A program made the position numbers and the translations under genes. DNA of 64,000 bases from a virus. Below the pieces are notes generated by a model, which ran no database searches, was not told where the DNA came from, and saw only the letters and a list, made by a program, of their open reading frames with translations. Within the stretch, counting starts at the first letter, position 1, and the number at the start of each line of letters is the position of its first letter. Positions 10,171 to 19,469 of the stretch are shown one piece after another. The DNA lies in the IMG/VR virus record IMGVR_UViG_3300037047_000121. One strand, given 5' to 3'.

Positions 10171-10306
10171 TGGTTCCCAGTGGTCGTTGTCAGGTGAGAA
10201 ACTTCAGAGGTACATGGAATACGTGCGTGACTGTATTGCACGGGCGCAAGAGGCAGGGAAACCCATCGAGGACTGGAGCCAGTCTAAATGGGATCGGGAA
10301 AAGTAA
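10136..10306 (+). CDS. hypothetical small protein
   Basis: ATG with GAGG RBS; overlaps upstream gene end. Confidence 0.4.
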   Translation: MDPVMITVTMPDGSQWSLSGEKLQRYMEYVRDCIARAQEAGKPIEDWSQSKWDREK

Positions 10307-10750
10307 ATGGACATGTTGGGACCATCGTTAGCTCCTCGTATCCCGGAGATGGATTTGAAACGATGGCGAGGTTGGGAGTGGCGTCCCGGCTGTCGCGTCC
10401 TGCACTTTTGGACGGGAGCAAAAGCTACCGTCCTTCGTGCTTCGGGGGCTCAACTCCACGTAATCCGAGCGGGTCGAAATGAGACCTGGGACGTGGAGAA
10501 CACGCTCCCTGATCTCAGCGACCCTGGTGTTGCAGGGACACTGCTCACCCGACTACGGGAATGGTCTTCTGGCCAGATTCAAATCTGGCATGTGGCTTCC
10601 GACATCAACCATCCGGAAAATCCGGAGGCGCTCGACCTTCAGGCGCTGCACCCCCAAGATGGGGTTGTGGTCATGGTCGGAGATCGGCAGTTTCGAGACT
10701 TGACGCTGGGCAGGGCTCTCGCACGAGCTTGCATGGCAAGCGAGGGATAG
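10307..10750 (+). CDS. hypothetical protein (147 aa)
   Basis: ATG immediately after upstream stop. Confidence 0.5.
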   Translation: MDMLGPSLAPRIPEMDLKRWRGWEWRPGCRVLHFWTGAKATVLRASGAQLHVIRAGRNETWDVENTLPDLSDPGVAGTLLTRLREWSSGQIQIWHVASDINHPENPEALDLQALHPQDGVVVMVGDRQFRDLTLGRALARACMASEG

Positions 10751-10752
10751 AC

Positions 10753-11313
10753 ATGGCGGATAAGGCACCGGCGAAACATTTCGAGTTCATCAAACTTACT
10801 CTGACCGTCGGGTTCCCCGAGGGTGGCACCCGAGTCTTCTACCTGACCGTCAACCCGGAGACCTTCGAGTCCCATTGGCCGGACAACAGGTTCAGTATCA
10901 GGGGAGATCTGGAATCCCGAGAGGTAGTCGACCAACTGCCCCCGGGGGAACTACAAGAGCACGTAGTGTCTTCCCTACATGCTTTCTCAGTGCTCCTTGC
11001 CAATGCCCTCGCTGATGGGCATACCCTTGAGCCCCGGGACAGTGTCTTCGGTGCTTTTGGTAGGTGTGTGGGATATCTGGATGTGACCACGAACACCCAC
11101 ATGCTATGGCCAATCACATTGCAGTTACGTCTAGAGAACAGTATCGATTCCAGATTGCAGATCGATCAGTTCTGTTCCGATCTTGACAAGAACGACCCCA
11201 ACTCGGAGGGGTCGTTCTACAGTCTACTCCGAGATCTTGGGCGACGCATCGCGTGGGAAAAAGGAGTAGGGATCATCAAAAGGTCGAACCCGGCGTCGCA
11301 GCCTGGAGTGTGA
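10753..11313 (+). CDS. hypothetical protein (186 aa)
   Basis: internal ATG of listed ORF with GAGGGA RBS. Confidence 0.55.
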   Translation: MADKAPAKHFEFIKLTLTVGFPEGGTRVFYLTVNPETFESHWPDNRFSIRGDLESREVVDQLPPGELQEHVVSSLHAFSVLLANALADGHTLEPRDSVFGAFGRCVGYLDVTTNTHMLWPITLQLRLENSIDSRLQIDQFCSDLDKNDPNSEGSFYSLLRDLGRRIAWEKGVGIIKRSNPASQPGV

Positions 11314-11316
11314 CAC

Positions 11317-13632
11317 ATGAGTGAACAGCGAAATCAGCTTGAGAGCACCGTTGCAAGGTACAAGAGGGAAGAGCAGGATCTCCTGCGGGAACGGGAGATG
11401 GCTCGGGACATGCCCCTTGCAGCCGACTTGATCCGCAACCGCCTCGTGGAAGTCCAGTGTCGGTTGCAGGAAGCCCGGAACGAACTTGCGGAAAAGGCCA
11501 AACGGGCACGAGTCATGGTCGAGGCCACGGAGCAGGCGGAGGAATACCGCACCCACGCTGCACAAGAGGCCGCCAAAAGGCACGCCCAGTGGTTCATGAC
11601 CTCGATCATCCCCCTGCCATGCAGCAAGGAGGGGGACATCGTCGTCTGGCAGCACAGCCCATGTGGGACGAAAGAATCGACGAACAACCGGGAAAGGCGA
11701 CCCTACGCTTGTCCCAAGTGTGAGCCCCAAGTCGCCCAGTTGCACCGGGAAATCCAAAAGGGAGTCAAGGATGCACTGCAACCATTCGTAGGGGTCGACT
11801 GGTCGAAGAAATCCAATCGGACAGCCCTCACCGAAAAGCTTTTGCAGGGACTCCGTGACCCCCACCAGGAGGACGCGACTGCGCTTCCCCCCATCCATCT
11901 CATGGTCAACAAGGATCTGGTGAACCGTCATCCGGTGCATGGGAGCAACATCAAACGACTGTTCCTGACCGAAGGATCCGACGAGTTCGAGAAAAACCCC
12001 CAAACGATGGCACCGGCGACCTTCGAGGGTGACAGTGCTGAAAATCTGGTGGAGACGGTCATTGGGCTAATTGGCCTAGGGTGCTATGAATTCGCGGCCG
12101 AGTTCGGAGAAATCCCGAAATCCGTGTTTGTCTATGCCCCTGACCAGGGATGTTTCGAGAGGAATCCCTCAAACGTCAGGCTGCATCTGGCCATCGAAAT
12201 CAGCAGCACGGAACCCATGCGCTCCCGTGCAAGCACAGAGGCACAGTTCATCGCGGGACTCCGGGGAATTATCGGATCAGACCCTCCCAACAAAGGAGGC
12301 ACATCCTATCCTTACGATTTCGGTCAGAGTCTGAGCAAAGAGCCCGTGTTGCGGCATGGTCAGTTCACACTCAAGCCGGTGAACCTTTCGTGGGATCTCG
12401 TCAAGGACTATCTGCCCGCTTACCCGGGAGAGCCGTCCGTCCTCCTGCTTCGGCAGCAGACACCGAAACAGGACGAGTCCCGCACTCTGAATGCCCTCCG
12501 GCCGGATGGCACTATGGGCACATGGTCACCGTTCCCGACGGAGGTGGAAATTGGGTACAACTGGAAACCCGCAACCCCCAGGGCAACGGTCCATCTCTTC
12601 CCGTTAGAGAAACTGACGGTCCTGGCGGCGGGCAGCCATCCCGACGAATTCCGGTTCGAGAAACTTTCAGGTGTCTCCGGAACCCTGTTGGAGATCGTAG
12701 GGAGCGTCAGTTTCCAGGCGCAGTCCTCCCAAATGTTGATCACGGAGGTGCTGTGCGCCGTAGGCAGTATCAGGCAGGCGCACTACAAGGTCTGGCAGGA
12801 GCACCCCGCTCAGATCCTCGTGAGCAGCGAGTTCATCCAGGACAAGGACACCGGCGGCGTCCGAGTCTCGATGATCTCCTCCTCCAAGGTCAGGGAAAAC
12901 GGGCAGTACTTCACGCTCGGACAGTTCACGAAATACGTGGAGAACGTCCTCGGCATCAGCCACCCGACAGCCAAAAACCCCTGTGGTGAGATCCCGTCGG
13001 GCACCCATGAGATGGCCAAACAGCCCCCAGGAGAGGCCACCCTCCCACCGGAGCTTGAACCGCAGACACTAACCCTGATCAAAGGGCGCCATACAAACTG
13101 GGTGGCACTGAATTGGGCCTATGAGTACCTCCGTCAGGGTAAAAAGGTGATGCTTTTCTCCCCTGAACAATCCAATGCCACCCTTCTGGATGCCCTGCAA
13201 AGGGTTCATGGCCAGCAGAGACTCTCCGGTTGGAAAGATCTCGTCACTCGGGTGACCCCCGTGTCTGGTGACTACTCAATGGGGAAAGTGCCATCGCCCC
13301 AGGGTGTGGACGCGGTGTTCGTGCTTGACGCAAGTAAAATGCAGCCAAATTCGCGGCTGCTTCCATTCTCGTCTCTCCTTCAGGTGGATGAGATCCTGTT
13401 TGACGGGAAACGGTTTGCACGGGAACACAACGTTCCCGTTGTCATGGCTTATGACATCACACCTCGTGTCCCGTGGGGGATCGAGGGCACTCCCTACCCG
13501 ACACGAATGGAATATTTCCCGGACAACGTCTATATCTACAGGGGTGGAAACTACGCACACTGTAGGAAACGGCGCGCCGGGAAAACCCTGGACATCGCCA
13601 TCGGGGCCTACTTGAAGGACGGTACCGAATGA
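11317..13632 (+). CDS. putative replication protein, primase-like with PriCT-like C-terminal region
   Basis: 771 aa; C-terminal GRHTNWVALNWAYEYLRQG resembles PriCT motif (G-R-N-x-x-L-x-x-A); memory-based assignment. Confidence 0.6.
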   Translation: MSEQRNQLESTVARYKREEQDLLREREMARDMPLAADLIRNRLVEVQCRLQEARNELAEKAKRARVMVEATEQAEEYRTHAAQEAAKRHAQWFMTSIIPLPCSKEGDIVVWQHSPCGTKESTNNRERRPYACPKCEPQVAQLHREIQKGVKDALQPFVGVDWSKKSNRTALTEKLLQGLRDPHQEDATALPPIHLMVNKDLVNRHPVHGSNIKRLFLTEGSDEFEKNPQTMAPATFEGDSAENLVETVIGLIGLGCYEFAAEFGEIPKSVFVYAPDQGCFERNPSNVRLHLAIEISSTEPMRSRASTEAQFIAGLRGIIGSDPPNKGGTSYPYDFGQSLSKEPVLRHGQFTLKPVNLSWDLVKDYLPAYPGEPSVLLLRQQTPKQDESRTLNALRPDGTMGTWSPFPTEVEIGYNWKPATPRATVHLFPLEKLTVLAAGSHPDEFRFEKLSGVSGTLLEIVGSVSFQAQSSQMLITEVLCAVGSIRQAHYKVWQEHPAQILVSSEFIQDKDTGGVRVSMISSSKVRENGQYFTLGQFTKYVENVLGISHPTAKNPCGEIPSGTHEMAKQPPGEATLPPELEPQTLTLIKGRHTNWVALNWAYEYLRQGKKVMLFSPEQSNATLLDALQRVHGQQRLSGWKDLVTRVTPVSGDYSMGKVPSPQGVDAVFVLDASKMQPNSRLLPFSSLLQVDEILFDGKRFAREHNVPVVMAYDITPRVPWGIEGTPYPTRMEYFPDNVYIYRGGNYAHCRKRRAGKTLDIAIGAYLKDGTE

Positions 13633-13874
13633 CCGAGGCACAGGAAAATCTCGCCCTGGCACGACAGGATGCCGAGCAGGACGTGGCACGGCTCAAGGCC
13701 CGACTCGTAGCGACTGAGCAGGAACTGGCCCTCTTGGACGAACAGGTCACCCCGATCGCGGTGGAGCTACTGGAAAAACATTTCGGTCATGGTCGACTGC
13801 TTCTTCAGACGGCCTATGAAAACCTCAGACTGCTGACAACGGCAACGGAGGCATGTTCAGACACATGCGATTAG
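13629..13874 (+). CDS. hypothetical coiled-coil protein
   Basis: ATGA overlap. Confidence 0.5.
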   Translation: MTEAQENLALARQDAEQDVARLKARLVATEQELALLDEQVTPIAVELLEKHFGHGRLLLQTAYENLRLLTTATEACSDTCD

Positions 13875-14074
13875 TCAGTGCCTCGGGGGAGCCCATCCCC
13901 CGGCACATCCTGGAACCTATTGCTGGCCTGTGGGATTGCCCTTACTGCACACGACGGAATGGACCCCGCACCCGTCAGTGCCCAGGGTGTGGCTATCAAC
14001 GGACACTAGAGGACGTGCATCGAGCCGCATCCGTTCGATTACGGGGGGTGAGAAATCCATGTACACACAAGTGA
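13865..14074 (+). CDS. zinc-ribbon protein (CPYC...CPGC)
   Basis: small ORF with two CxxC pairs. Confidence 0.45.
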   Translation: MRLVSASGEPIPRHILEPIAGLWDCPYCTRRNGPRTRQCPGCGYQRTLEDVHRAASVRLRGVRNPCTHK

Positions 14075-14628
14075 AGACGTATGACCAAGTCCCGATGGAC
14101 AACCATGCCATTGTCCATCCCATTGCCTCACTGGAGGACGAGCACGGCGGGATCGCGCACTTCATTCTGGATGACGGCTGCTACGTTCTCATCCTCGGTG
14201 CCAAGGATCGCCGTTACCGGCACACCCCGTACCTTTTCACCGAGGCGTTCGAGGTGCTCCGCACGCTGCCACCCCCGTCAAAGCAACTCTCCTGGGACTT
14301 GTCGGAAAAAAGATCGCGGACACGGATGCACATCGTAAGGAGTAGATCCCCTAGAGGGAGGGAACACCACATGTACACCAGATGCCCCAAATGTGGACAT
14401 GAGTTCCGAAATCCTGATGAGCCCAGCCCCAAGATGGAGCCTTTGCCCAGCTATGGGGATCTCATGACCGTCGAGGAATTCCTGAACGAGTGCCATTCGG
14501 ATGACGACGGGACGGGGTATCTTGCCACGGAGACCGAGATGTCGGAGATCGAGATCTCGCCTTGTGCCCCGAACTGGACTCTGGAGGACTGGCCCGATTT
14601 CACCCATGTTATGTGGTTCAACAAGTGA
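14059..14628 (+). CDS. hypothetical protein; C-terminal domain (from internal ATG 14371 with GAGGGAGGG RBS) paralogous to 14943..15149
   Basis: ORF; internal strong RBS suggests the C-terminal domain may be separately translated. Confidence 0.5.
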   Translation: MYTQVKTYDQVPMDNHAIVHPIASLEDEHGGIAHFILDDGCYVLILGAKDRRYRHTPYLFTEAFEVLRTLPPPSKQLSWDLSEKRSRTRMHIVRSRSPRGREHHMYTRCPKCGHEFRNPDEPSPKMEPLPSYGDLMTVEEFLNECHSDDDGTGYLATETEMSEIEISPCAPNWTLEDWPDFTHVMWFNK

Positions 14629-14637
14629 GACATCGCC

Positions 14638-14940
14638 ATGCTAGTTCATTGTTGTGAGTGTGGCTGGGAACAGGAGGACTTCTGGACTCCTGAGAGCAAC
14701 CCCATTCGGGACGTAGTCCGCTGGGAGCAAGCCTTACTGGACCCCGCACAGATGAGTGCTGAGGTGGAGCCCTTTTCAGTGTGGAGGGCGCATGGTGTGA
14801 CCTACCGAGATGTCATCATCCGGGAACTGGAGATCGCCATACAAAGAATAGAGGACCATCCTTTCCAGACCCCGAGCGAAGCCAAAAACAAACCCTGCCC
14901 GGCGTGTGGGCACACGTGGTCGCTGGCAATCGAGGAGTAG
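14638..14940 (+). CDS. zinc-finger protein (CCECG...CPACG)
   Basis: ORF with Cys pairs at both ends. Confidence 0.5.
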   Translation: MLVHCCECGWEQEDFWTPESNPIRDVVRWEQALLDPAQMSAEVEPFSVWRAHGVTYRDVIIRELEIAIQRIEDHPFQTPSEAKNKPCPACGHTWSLAIEE

Positions 14941-14942
14941 AC

Positions 14943-15149
14943 ATGAGACCGATCCCTGAGTACGGCGACCTCATGACCGTGGGGGATTTCCTCGCTAGCT
15001 GCCAGTGTGGCCTTTTCATCGACTACGATGGGCAAAGATGTCTGGCCACCGAAACTGAGATGTCCAGTGTTACAGTCTATCCCTCGAATATCGAGGACAT
15101 GCTCGTCGAGCACCCTCAATACACACATGTCGTGTGGTTCAACAGGTGA
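14943..15149 (+). CDS. small protein paralogous to C-terminus of 14059..14628
   Basis: shared YGDLMTV...CLATETEMS...THV(M/V)WFN motifs; GAGGAG RBS. Confidence 0.5.
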   Translation: MRPIPEYGDLMTVGDFLASCQCGLFIDYDGQRCLATETEMSSVTVYPSNIEDMLVEHPQYTHVVWFNR

Positions 15150-15152
15150 CAC

Positions 15153-15566
15153 ATGAGCAAAACGATCCCACAGCCTGATGCCAAAAGGTACCGCGTCGTC
15201 CGAGTCACCCATCTTGACGGGGAACGCGAGTATTTCCTCCAGTTCAAAACTGGATTTCTGGGGCGCTGGAAATTCACATGTGGCTATCACCGGGGCGCTC
15301 CGGGTTACTTCAACTACCAGTTCTGCTCTGCGGGGAACCCCTACTATCACGTCGAGCATACGATCCCGGAGATCGAGGAGGAGCACCGCTCTCCTACCCT
15401 CTCGGCATATGACGTTGCCTCTTCCGTGGATCTACTCAAACCGGATCCCCGTCCGATCGACCTGACCCTCGACGTTCAGAAAGTCTGGGACGCCCTGGTG
15501 CGCCACCGGGAGAAAGGGTTTTCCCCCGCTGACCCCTACCCGAGTGTAGACGAGGCCCTCGGATGA
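15153..15566 (+). CDS. hypothetical protein (137 aa)
   Basis: ATG 1 nt after upstream stop. Confidence 0.55.
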   Translation: MSKTIPQPDAKRYRVVRVTHLDGEREYFLQFKTGFLGRWKFTCGYHRGAPGYFNYQFCSAGNPYYHVEHTIPEIEEEHRSPTLSAYDVASSVDLLKPDPRPIDLTLDVQKVWDALVRHREKGFSPADPYPSVDEALG

Positions 15567-15856
15567 AAGAGGTCTGGGCAGCTTTTGTCGGCATGTGCTT
15601 GGCGGGGGGAGTGTACCTGATAACCCAAGCCTACTCCTGTGGTCACCGAAATGGGGTCTACGAGGATCGATGTGTAAAAGCCTGCCAACATGAAGGGTAT
15701 GAAAGTGGGTCAGCCAACTTCGACGAGGATGACAAGTTCAATGGCTGCGATTGCAGATCCAACCACGACATCCCCATTGATCGTGTTCCAACCCCGGAGT
15801 GGAAATTCCCGGCTGACGCTGGAAGAATTCCTGTCGAGAGAGGAACTGTGGACTAG
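15563..15856 (+). CDS. Cys-rich small protein with N-terminal hydrophobic helix
   Basis: ATGA overlap; overlaps next gene in another frame. Confidence 0.45.
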   Translation: MKEVWAAFVGMCLAGGVYLITQAYSCGHRNGVYEDRCVKACQHEGYESGSANFDEDDKFNGCDCRSNHDIPIDRVPTPEWKFPADAGRIPVERGTVD

Positions 15857-16196
15857 GTGCGTAGGCGCCCGAACCAGGGAACCCGCTCAGGGCCTGATCG
15901 TCAAAACGGATGATCTCCCCCCAGCCGTGTGCATCTTGGGTGAAGACGGGGACTCCCACTGGTGCAGTCCGAGTCAACTAGAGTTCGACCTGAGTCACCC
16001 GGCAACGGCTGGAGTACTCTGGGGTATGCTCGTCGCTTGTCATCCAGGTCGCTGCCTTGAGGTCGAGTGGGACGGTTCCCCTGACGGTCAATACACCGTC
16101 AGTGTGCAGCATGAAAAAGATCGCTACCTGGATCGGCACACAGGCAAGATGTTTGGCCATGCGATCTCCAACGCCCTCCTGGGGATCGAGGAATGA
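15783..16196 (+). CDS. hypothetical protein, paralog of 17135..17473; start unclear (GTG 15783 or frameshift from upstream gene)
   Basis: LEEFLSREELWTRCVGAR and ATAGVLWGML align with the 17135 protein; no ATG near the homologous N-terminus. Confidence 0.35.
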   Translation: MFQPRSGNSRLTLEEFLSREELWTRCVGARTREPAQGLIVKTDDLPPAVCILGEDGDSHWCSPSQLEFDLSHPATAGVLWGMLVACHPGRCLEVEWDGSPDGQYTVSVQHEKDRYLDRHTGKMFGHAISNALLGIEE

Positions 16197-16417
16197 GAAC
16201 CCGTCCCATTCCACCCCTCGACCCTCATGCGTGGGATGATCCTTTCGAGGATGATGAGATTCAATGCGAGTGGTGTGGCTACCCCGCAACCACCCTTTGG
16301 GAGTGCATGGGGCGATTCGTGTGCGGATCCTGCAAAGAGGATATGATCTCCCAATGGGTCGAGTCGGACGATCCCGAGGACCCGCCTGAGCAGGAAAACC
16401 CTGAAACGAGTAGATGA
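16193..16417 (+). CDS. zinc-ribbon acidic protein
   Basis: ATGA overlap; CEWCG...CGSC. Confidence 0.5.
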   Translation: MRTRPIPPLDPHAWDDPFEDDEIQCEWCGYPATTLWECMGRFVCGSCKEDMISQWVESDDPEDPPEQENPETSR

Positions 16418-16446
16418 TCGCGAGGGATTAGCCCAGAGGAGCGATC

Positions 16447-17169
16447 ATGCCCGTCTGCCCAGGACACACGTACTCTGATGGCAAGCACACATGGAGTGTG
16501 GATCGTCTGATCCAACTCTCCACCAGTCTCCAGCCTCACCGGGTGCCGCTTGCCTCTCTCGTGGATCTGGACGAGGTCTTCTGGGAAGACCCCCTGACCG
16601 TCCGACAAGCCATCTCCCATCTACGCCGGATCCTGCAAGCAGACTTGTCGTGTCCGATCATCCTTTCCGCATCCGGTCATGTCATGGACGGCTATCACCG
16701 GATCGCCAAAGCGATCATCGATGGGCATACGGACATCCTCGCCGTTCAATTCAACTGGGACCCGCCGCCGGATGACCCAGACCCGACCGTTGAACAGAGG
16801 ATCAAGGATCTCAAACAGCAGGGACACACCCTGGAGTCTTGCGCCCGAACGCTGCTCGATGAGGCGCAGGTGGCCTCCTACAACGCCCAGCTTGCCCCCG
16901 CGTGGCAACAGTTCATGGAGGACACCAGGCAAGCCGAGAAGGTGTTCCAGAAGGCGCTAGAAGCACCGTGGGCGCGTTTCCAGGCCGCGGAACCGACACG
17001 TACCCGGCTGGAACAGTACGTTGATGAGGTGGGGCCGGTGCATAAGACATACGACGCGGCACAGCAAGAAGCCTGGGCCAAACTGGAGGCCGTCCGGTAC
17101 AGTCTGATCTGTGACCTATACGGGAGGGCTTCACATGAGACGACTGGAACAGTACCTGACAAAACATGA
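16447..17169 (+). CDS. ParB-like nuclease domain protein
   Basis: ILSASGHVMDGYHRIAKAI resembles ParB N-terminal/sulfiredoxin fold (DGxHR motif). Confidence 0.6.
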   Translation: MPVCPGHTYSDGKHTWSVDRLIQLSTSLQPHRVPLASLVDLDEVFWEDPLTVRQAISHLRRILQADLSCPIILSASGHVMDGYHRIAKAIIDGHTDILAVQFNWDPPPDDPDPTVEQRIKDLKQQGHTLESCARTLLDEAQVASYNAQLAPAWQQFMEDTRQAEKVFQKALEAPWARFQAAEPTRTRLEQYVDEVGPVHKTYDAAQQEAWAKLEAVRYSLICDLYGRASHETTGTVPDKT

Positions 17170-17473
17170 CCTCTGGGGTGAGTGTCTGGGTGCAAAAGTG
17201 TCCGTAGCTGGACAGTCCGGATTCCTCATCGAAATCCGATTCAATCGGGCGTATTGTGGTGTGCTCCTAGCCCAGAAATGGGCTCCCGTCAGTTTCCCCC
17301 TAGCCGATGTCACACTCGACGTCAGTGCTCCATCTACCTGGGGGGTTCTGCTTCATCTTCTGATGTCCAGGTTCGGGTTCCCAATTATGTTCCGAGCTAA
17401 AGATTCGGACGCGGATCTCAAGCCATTGGGCGAGACTCTTCTGGATATCCTGTTAGCCTCGATCCCGGAGTAG
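17135..17473 (+). CDS. hypothetical protein, paralog of 15783..16196
   Basis: ATG with GGGAGGG RBS; overlaps upstream gene end. Confidence 0.5.
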   Translation: MRRLEQYLTKHDLWGECLGAKVSVAGQSGFLIEIRFNRAYCGVLLAQKWAPVSFPLADVTLDVSAPSTWGVLLHLLMSRFGFPIMFRAKDSDADLKPLGETLLDILLASIPE

Positions 17474-17476
17474 TCC

Positions 17477-17689
17477 ATGAGTCCTAAAAATGTCGCCAAA
17501 TTGCAGCATCGGTATGACGCTATGGTGAGATGGTTGCAGGAAGATCACCCCGAAGTGTCCCAGCAGAAACACTTGAACGCGGGATCTGTCGAGCAAGCCT
17601 ACTGGCACTATGGGTATGCCATAGCCCTTCGGGACGTGTTGACTCTCCTGCAAAAAGAGGACGAGGAACCCGGCGATGCGAATCCCTGA
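17477..17689 (+). CDS. hypothetical protein (70 aa)
   Basis: ATG preceded by GGAGTAGTCC. Confidence 0.5.
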   Translation: MSPKNVAKLQHRYDAMVRWLQEDHPEVSQQKHLNAGSVEQAYWHYGYAIALRDVLTLLQKEDEEPGDANP

Positions 17690-18092
17690 GAACCCATGGA
17701 CACTAGATAGTGTCATCCCTATGGGGGGGAGATCCAACCCGATTGTCTGGTGGACACATAGCTGCGGGAAACGAGCCGACACAGATGACGAGAACACTGT
17801 CCCGTCATTGTGCCCGGGTTGCCGCGCCCGCACCCCCAAATCCTGGAAAACCGGATGGCCTGCTGAGGTGGGCTTCGAAAGAGTAGATCTCTACGGCGAC
17901 CCGGTGATCGTGTTCAAGTACAGCGGCGGATACTGGCTCGTATGGGACCCGGCCACGATCTCAACCGATGACGCGATCGATTTCGCGTATGACCGAGGAA
18001 ACGAGCCCGACCCCGATTTCATGGCTGGGATGTTGGGCAAACACCGCGTCTGCCGTCTTCGTAAGGTAACCCGCACCCAAGATGAGGGGTGA
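17676..18092 (+). CDS. hypothetical protein with CPGC motif
   Basis: ORF overlapping upstream stop. Confidence 0.5.
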   Translation: MRIPENPWTLDSVIPMGGRSNPIVWWTHSCGKRADTDDENTVPSLCPGCRARTPKSWKTGWPAEVGFERVDLYGDPVIVFKYSGGYWLVWDPATISTDDAIDFAYDRGNEPDPDFMAGMLGKHRVCRLRKVTRTQDEG

Positions 18093-18093
18093 C

Positions 18094-18663
18094 ATGACTG
18101 ATTGGATCGATTTCGGCAACTCGTTTGACTTCTCTTATGTCAACATCCCGGATGTCGCGGACGAGTCCGACCCTCCGGATCTCTCTGCCCAAGAGCGGGC
18201 GCTTTTCGGCGTCACGTACCAGGAACTGCACCAGCAGTTGTCCGAGAACGAGGAGACCACGATCACCGACATCCTCGTCGAGGCCCGCATCGAGGTAGCA
18301 GAAGAGTGGCAGGACACCTGGATCAACCAGAAACTGGCCGAGCACAAGCTGACAGAACGGTACGCCCTCTTCCAGCGGATGATCGAGATCGGCAAATGGC
18401 AAGAGGAGCAGCCCGAATGGAAGGCGTGGGAAGACTCAGTGTGGGGTGCAAGGCAACGATACATCGCGGAGCAGGAAACCCAGACGTTCCGCGGTCAGGG
18501 ACTGAACAAGCCCGGCACGCTGATTGAGCTAGAGGACGGCCGTCAGTTTCTGATCGGCCACGTCAACATCTATCGAGGAGGGTGCGACCACTGCCCCGAG
18601 TTCGAGCAGGACGCTGTGGTCAAACGCTATGCGGTCATCTGGACACCAGAAATGACCCCGTGA
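18094..18663 (+). CDS. hypothetical protein; C-terminal Cys-containing domain paralogous to 41183..41737
   Basis: GTLIELEDGRQFLIGHVNIYRGGCDHC vs GTQIEIEGGKRLLIGDINPLGGICDDC. Confidence 0.55.
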   Translation: MTDWIDFGNSFDFSYVNIPDVADESDPPDLSAQERALFGVTYQELHQQLSENEETTITDILVEARIEVAEEWQDTWINQKLAEHKLTERYALFQRMIEIGKWQEEQPEWKAWEDSVWGARQRYIAEQETQTFRGQGLNKPGTLIELEDGRQFLIGHVNIYRGGCDHCPEFEQDAVVKRYAVIWTPEMTP

Positions 18664-18725
18664 CACACTGTCGCACTCAACCTAAGTGTGCGCGCGGCCG
18701 GAGGGGCCGCGGGAAGGTAACGAAC

Positions 18726-18938
18726 ATGACGACGAGACTCCGGATCGTGGTGGTCCGCGACGGGCACGAGCCCGCCGTGGTGGTGGACGCGCCGATCGAG
18801 GGAGACGCGGAGCAGGTGTGCCTGCGCGCGGGCCTGCCGTACATGCGCGGGGCCAGCGCCGACGGCGTGATCGGCTACGTCCGCGCTGCCGACGGCGCAC
18901 CAGGGCCGACCTACCCGTCGCTTGGCATGCAGTGGTGA
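18726..18938 (+). CDS. hypothetical small protein in locally about 70% GC segment
   Basis: ATG with GGGAAGG RBS. Confidence 0.4.
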   Translation: MTTRLRIVVVRDGHEPAVVVDAPIEGDAEQVCLRAGLPYMRGASADGVIGYVRAADGAPGPTYPSLGMQW

Positions 18939-18960
18939 GCAATGGTGAACGAGAAACACC

Positions 18961-19239
18961 ATGACCCGGCAGATCCACTGTAACCACTCGACCTACTGGA
19001 GTGCCCGGCCGGATTGCCCCAAATGTCGCACGCTATTCGGTCACATCCCAGAGTCCCCGGCCTTCACGGGCAACTGGGTTGAGAGACGGCTGCTCCTGCT
19101 GATCGGAAAAATCCGACACGTCATGCGGGAGCGTAATCTGGATGGCTTGCACTGGTGGAATGCCCTGGGATCACTTCCTGGCCGAGCGCTCGCAAAGGCA
19201 GAGCGTCGGTTGCGCCATGTGCAAGGGAACAGGAGATAG
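18961..19239 (+). CDS. zinc-ribbon protein (CNH...CPKC)
   Basis: ORF; Cys/His pairs. Confidence 0.45.
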   Translation: MTRQIHCNHSTYWSARPDCPKCRTLFGHIPESPAFTGNWVERRLLLLIGKIRHVMRERNLDGLHWWNALGSLPGRALAKAERRLRHVQGNRR

Positions 19240-19241
19240 GC

Positions 19242-19466
19242 ATGAAAGTGTTCGCAGTCGATGTTCGGTTTTACACTCCTGACTATGGCGGAATCGGGTA
19301 CCTCGTCCTGGCGGAGAGCGAAAACGAGGCTGAGGAGATGATCAACAAAGATCAGACTCAAAACGAGGGGCCTCCTGAGTTCCAAATCGCCAGTATCGAG
19401 TTGATCTGTGAGGCCGTAGAAGGCACAAAACCCGGTGTCCACTACTGTGGTGGTTACCTGGACTAA
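19242..19466 (+). CDS. small protein ending YCGGYLD, paralog of next gene
   Basis: AGGAGA RBS; paralogy. Confidence 0.5.
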   Translation: MKVFAVDVRFYTPDYGGIGYLVLAESENEAEEMINKDQTQNEGPPEFQIASIELICEAVEGTKPGVHYCGGYLD

Positions 19467-19469
19467 GCT

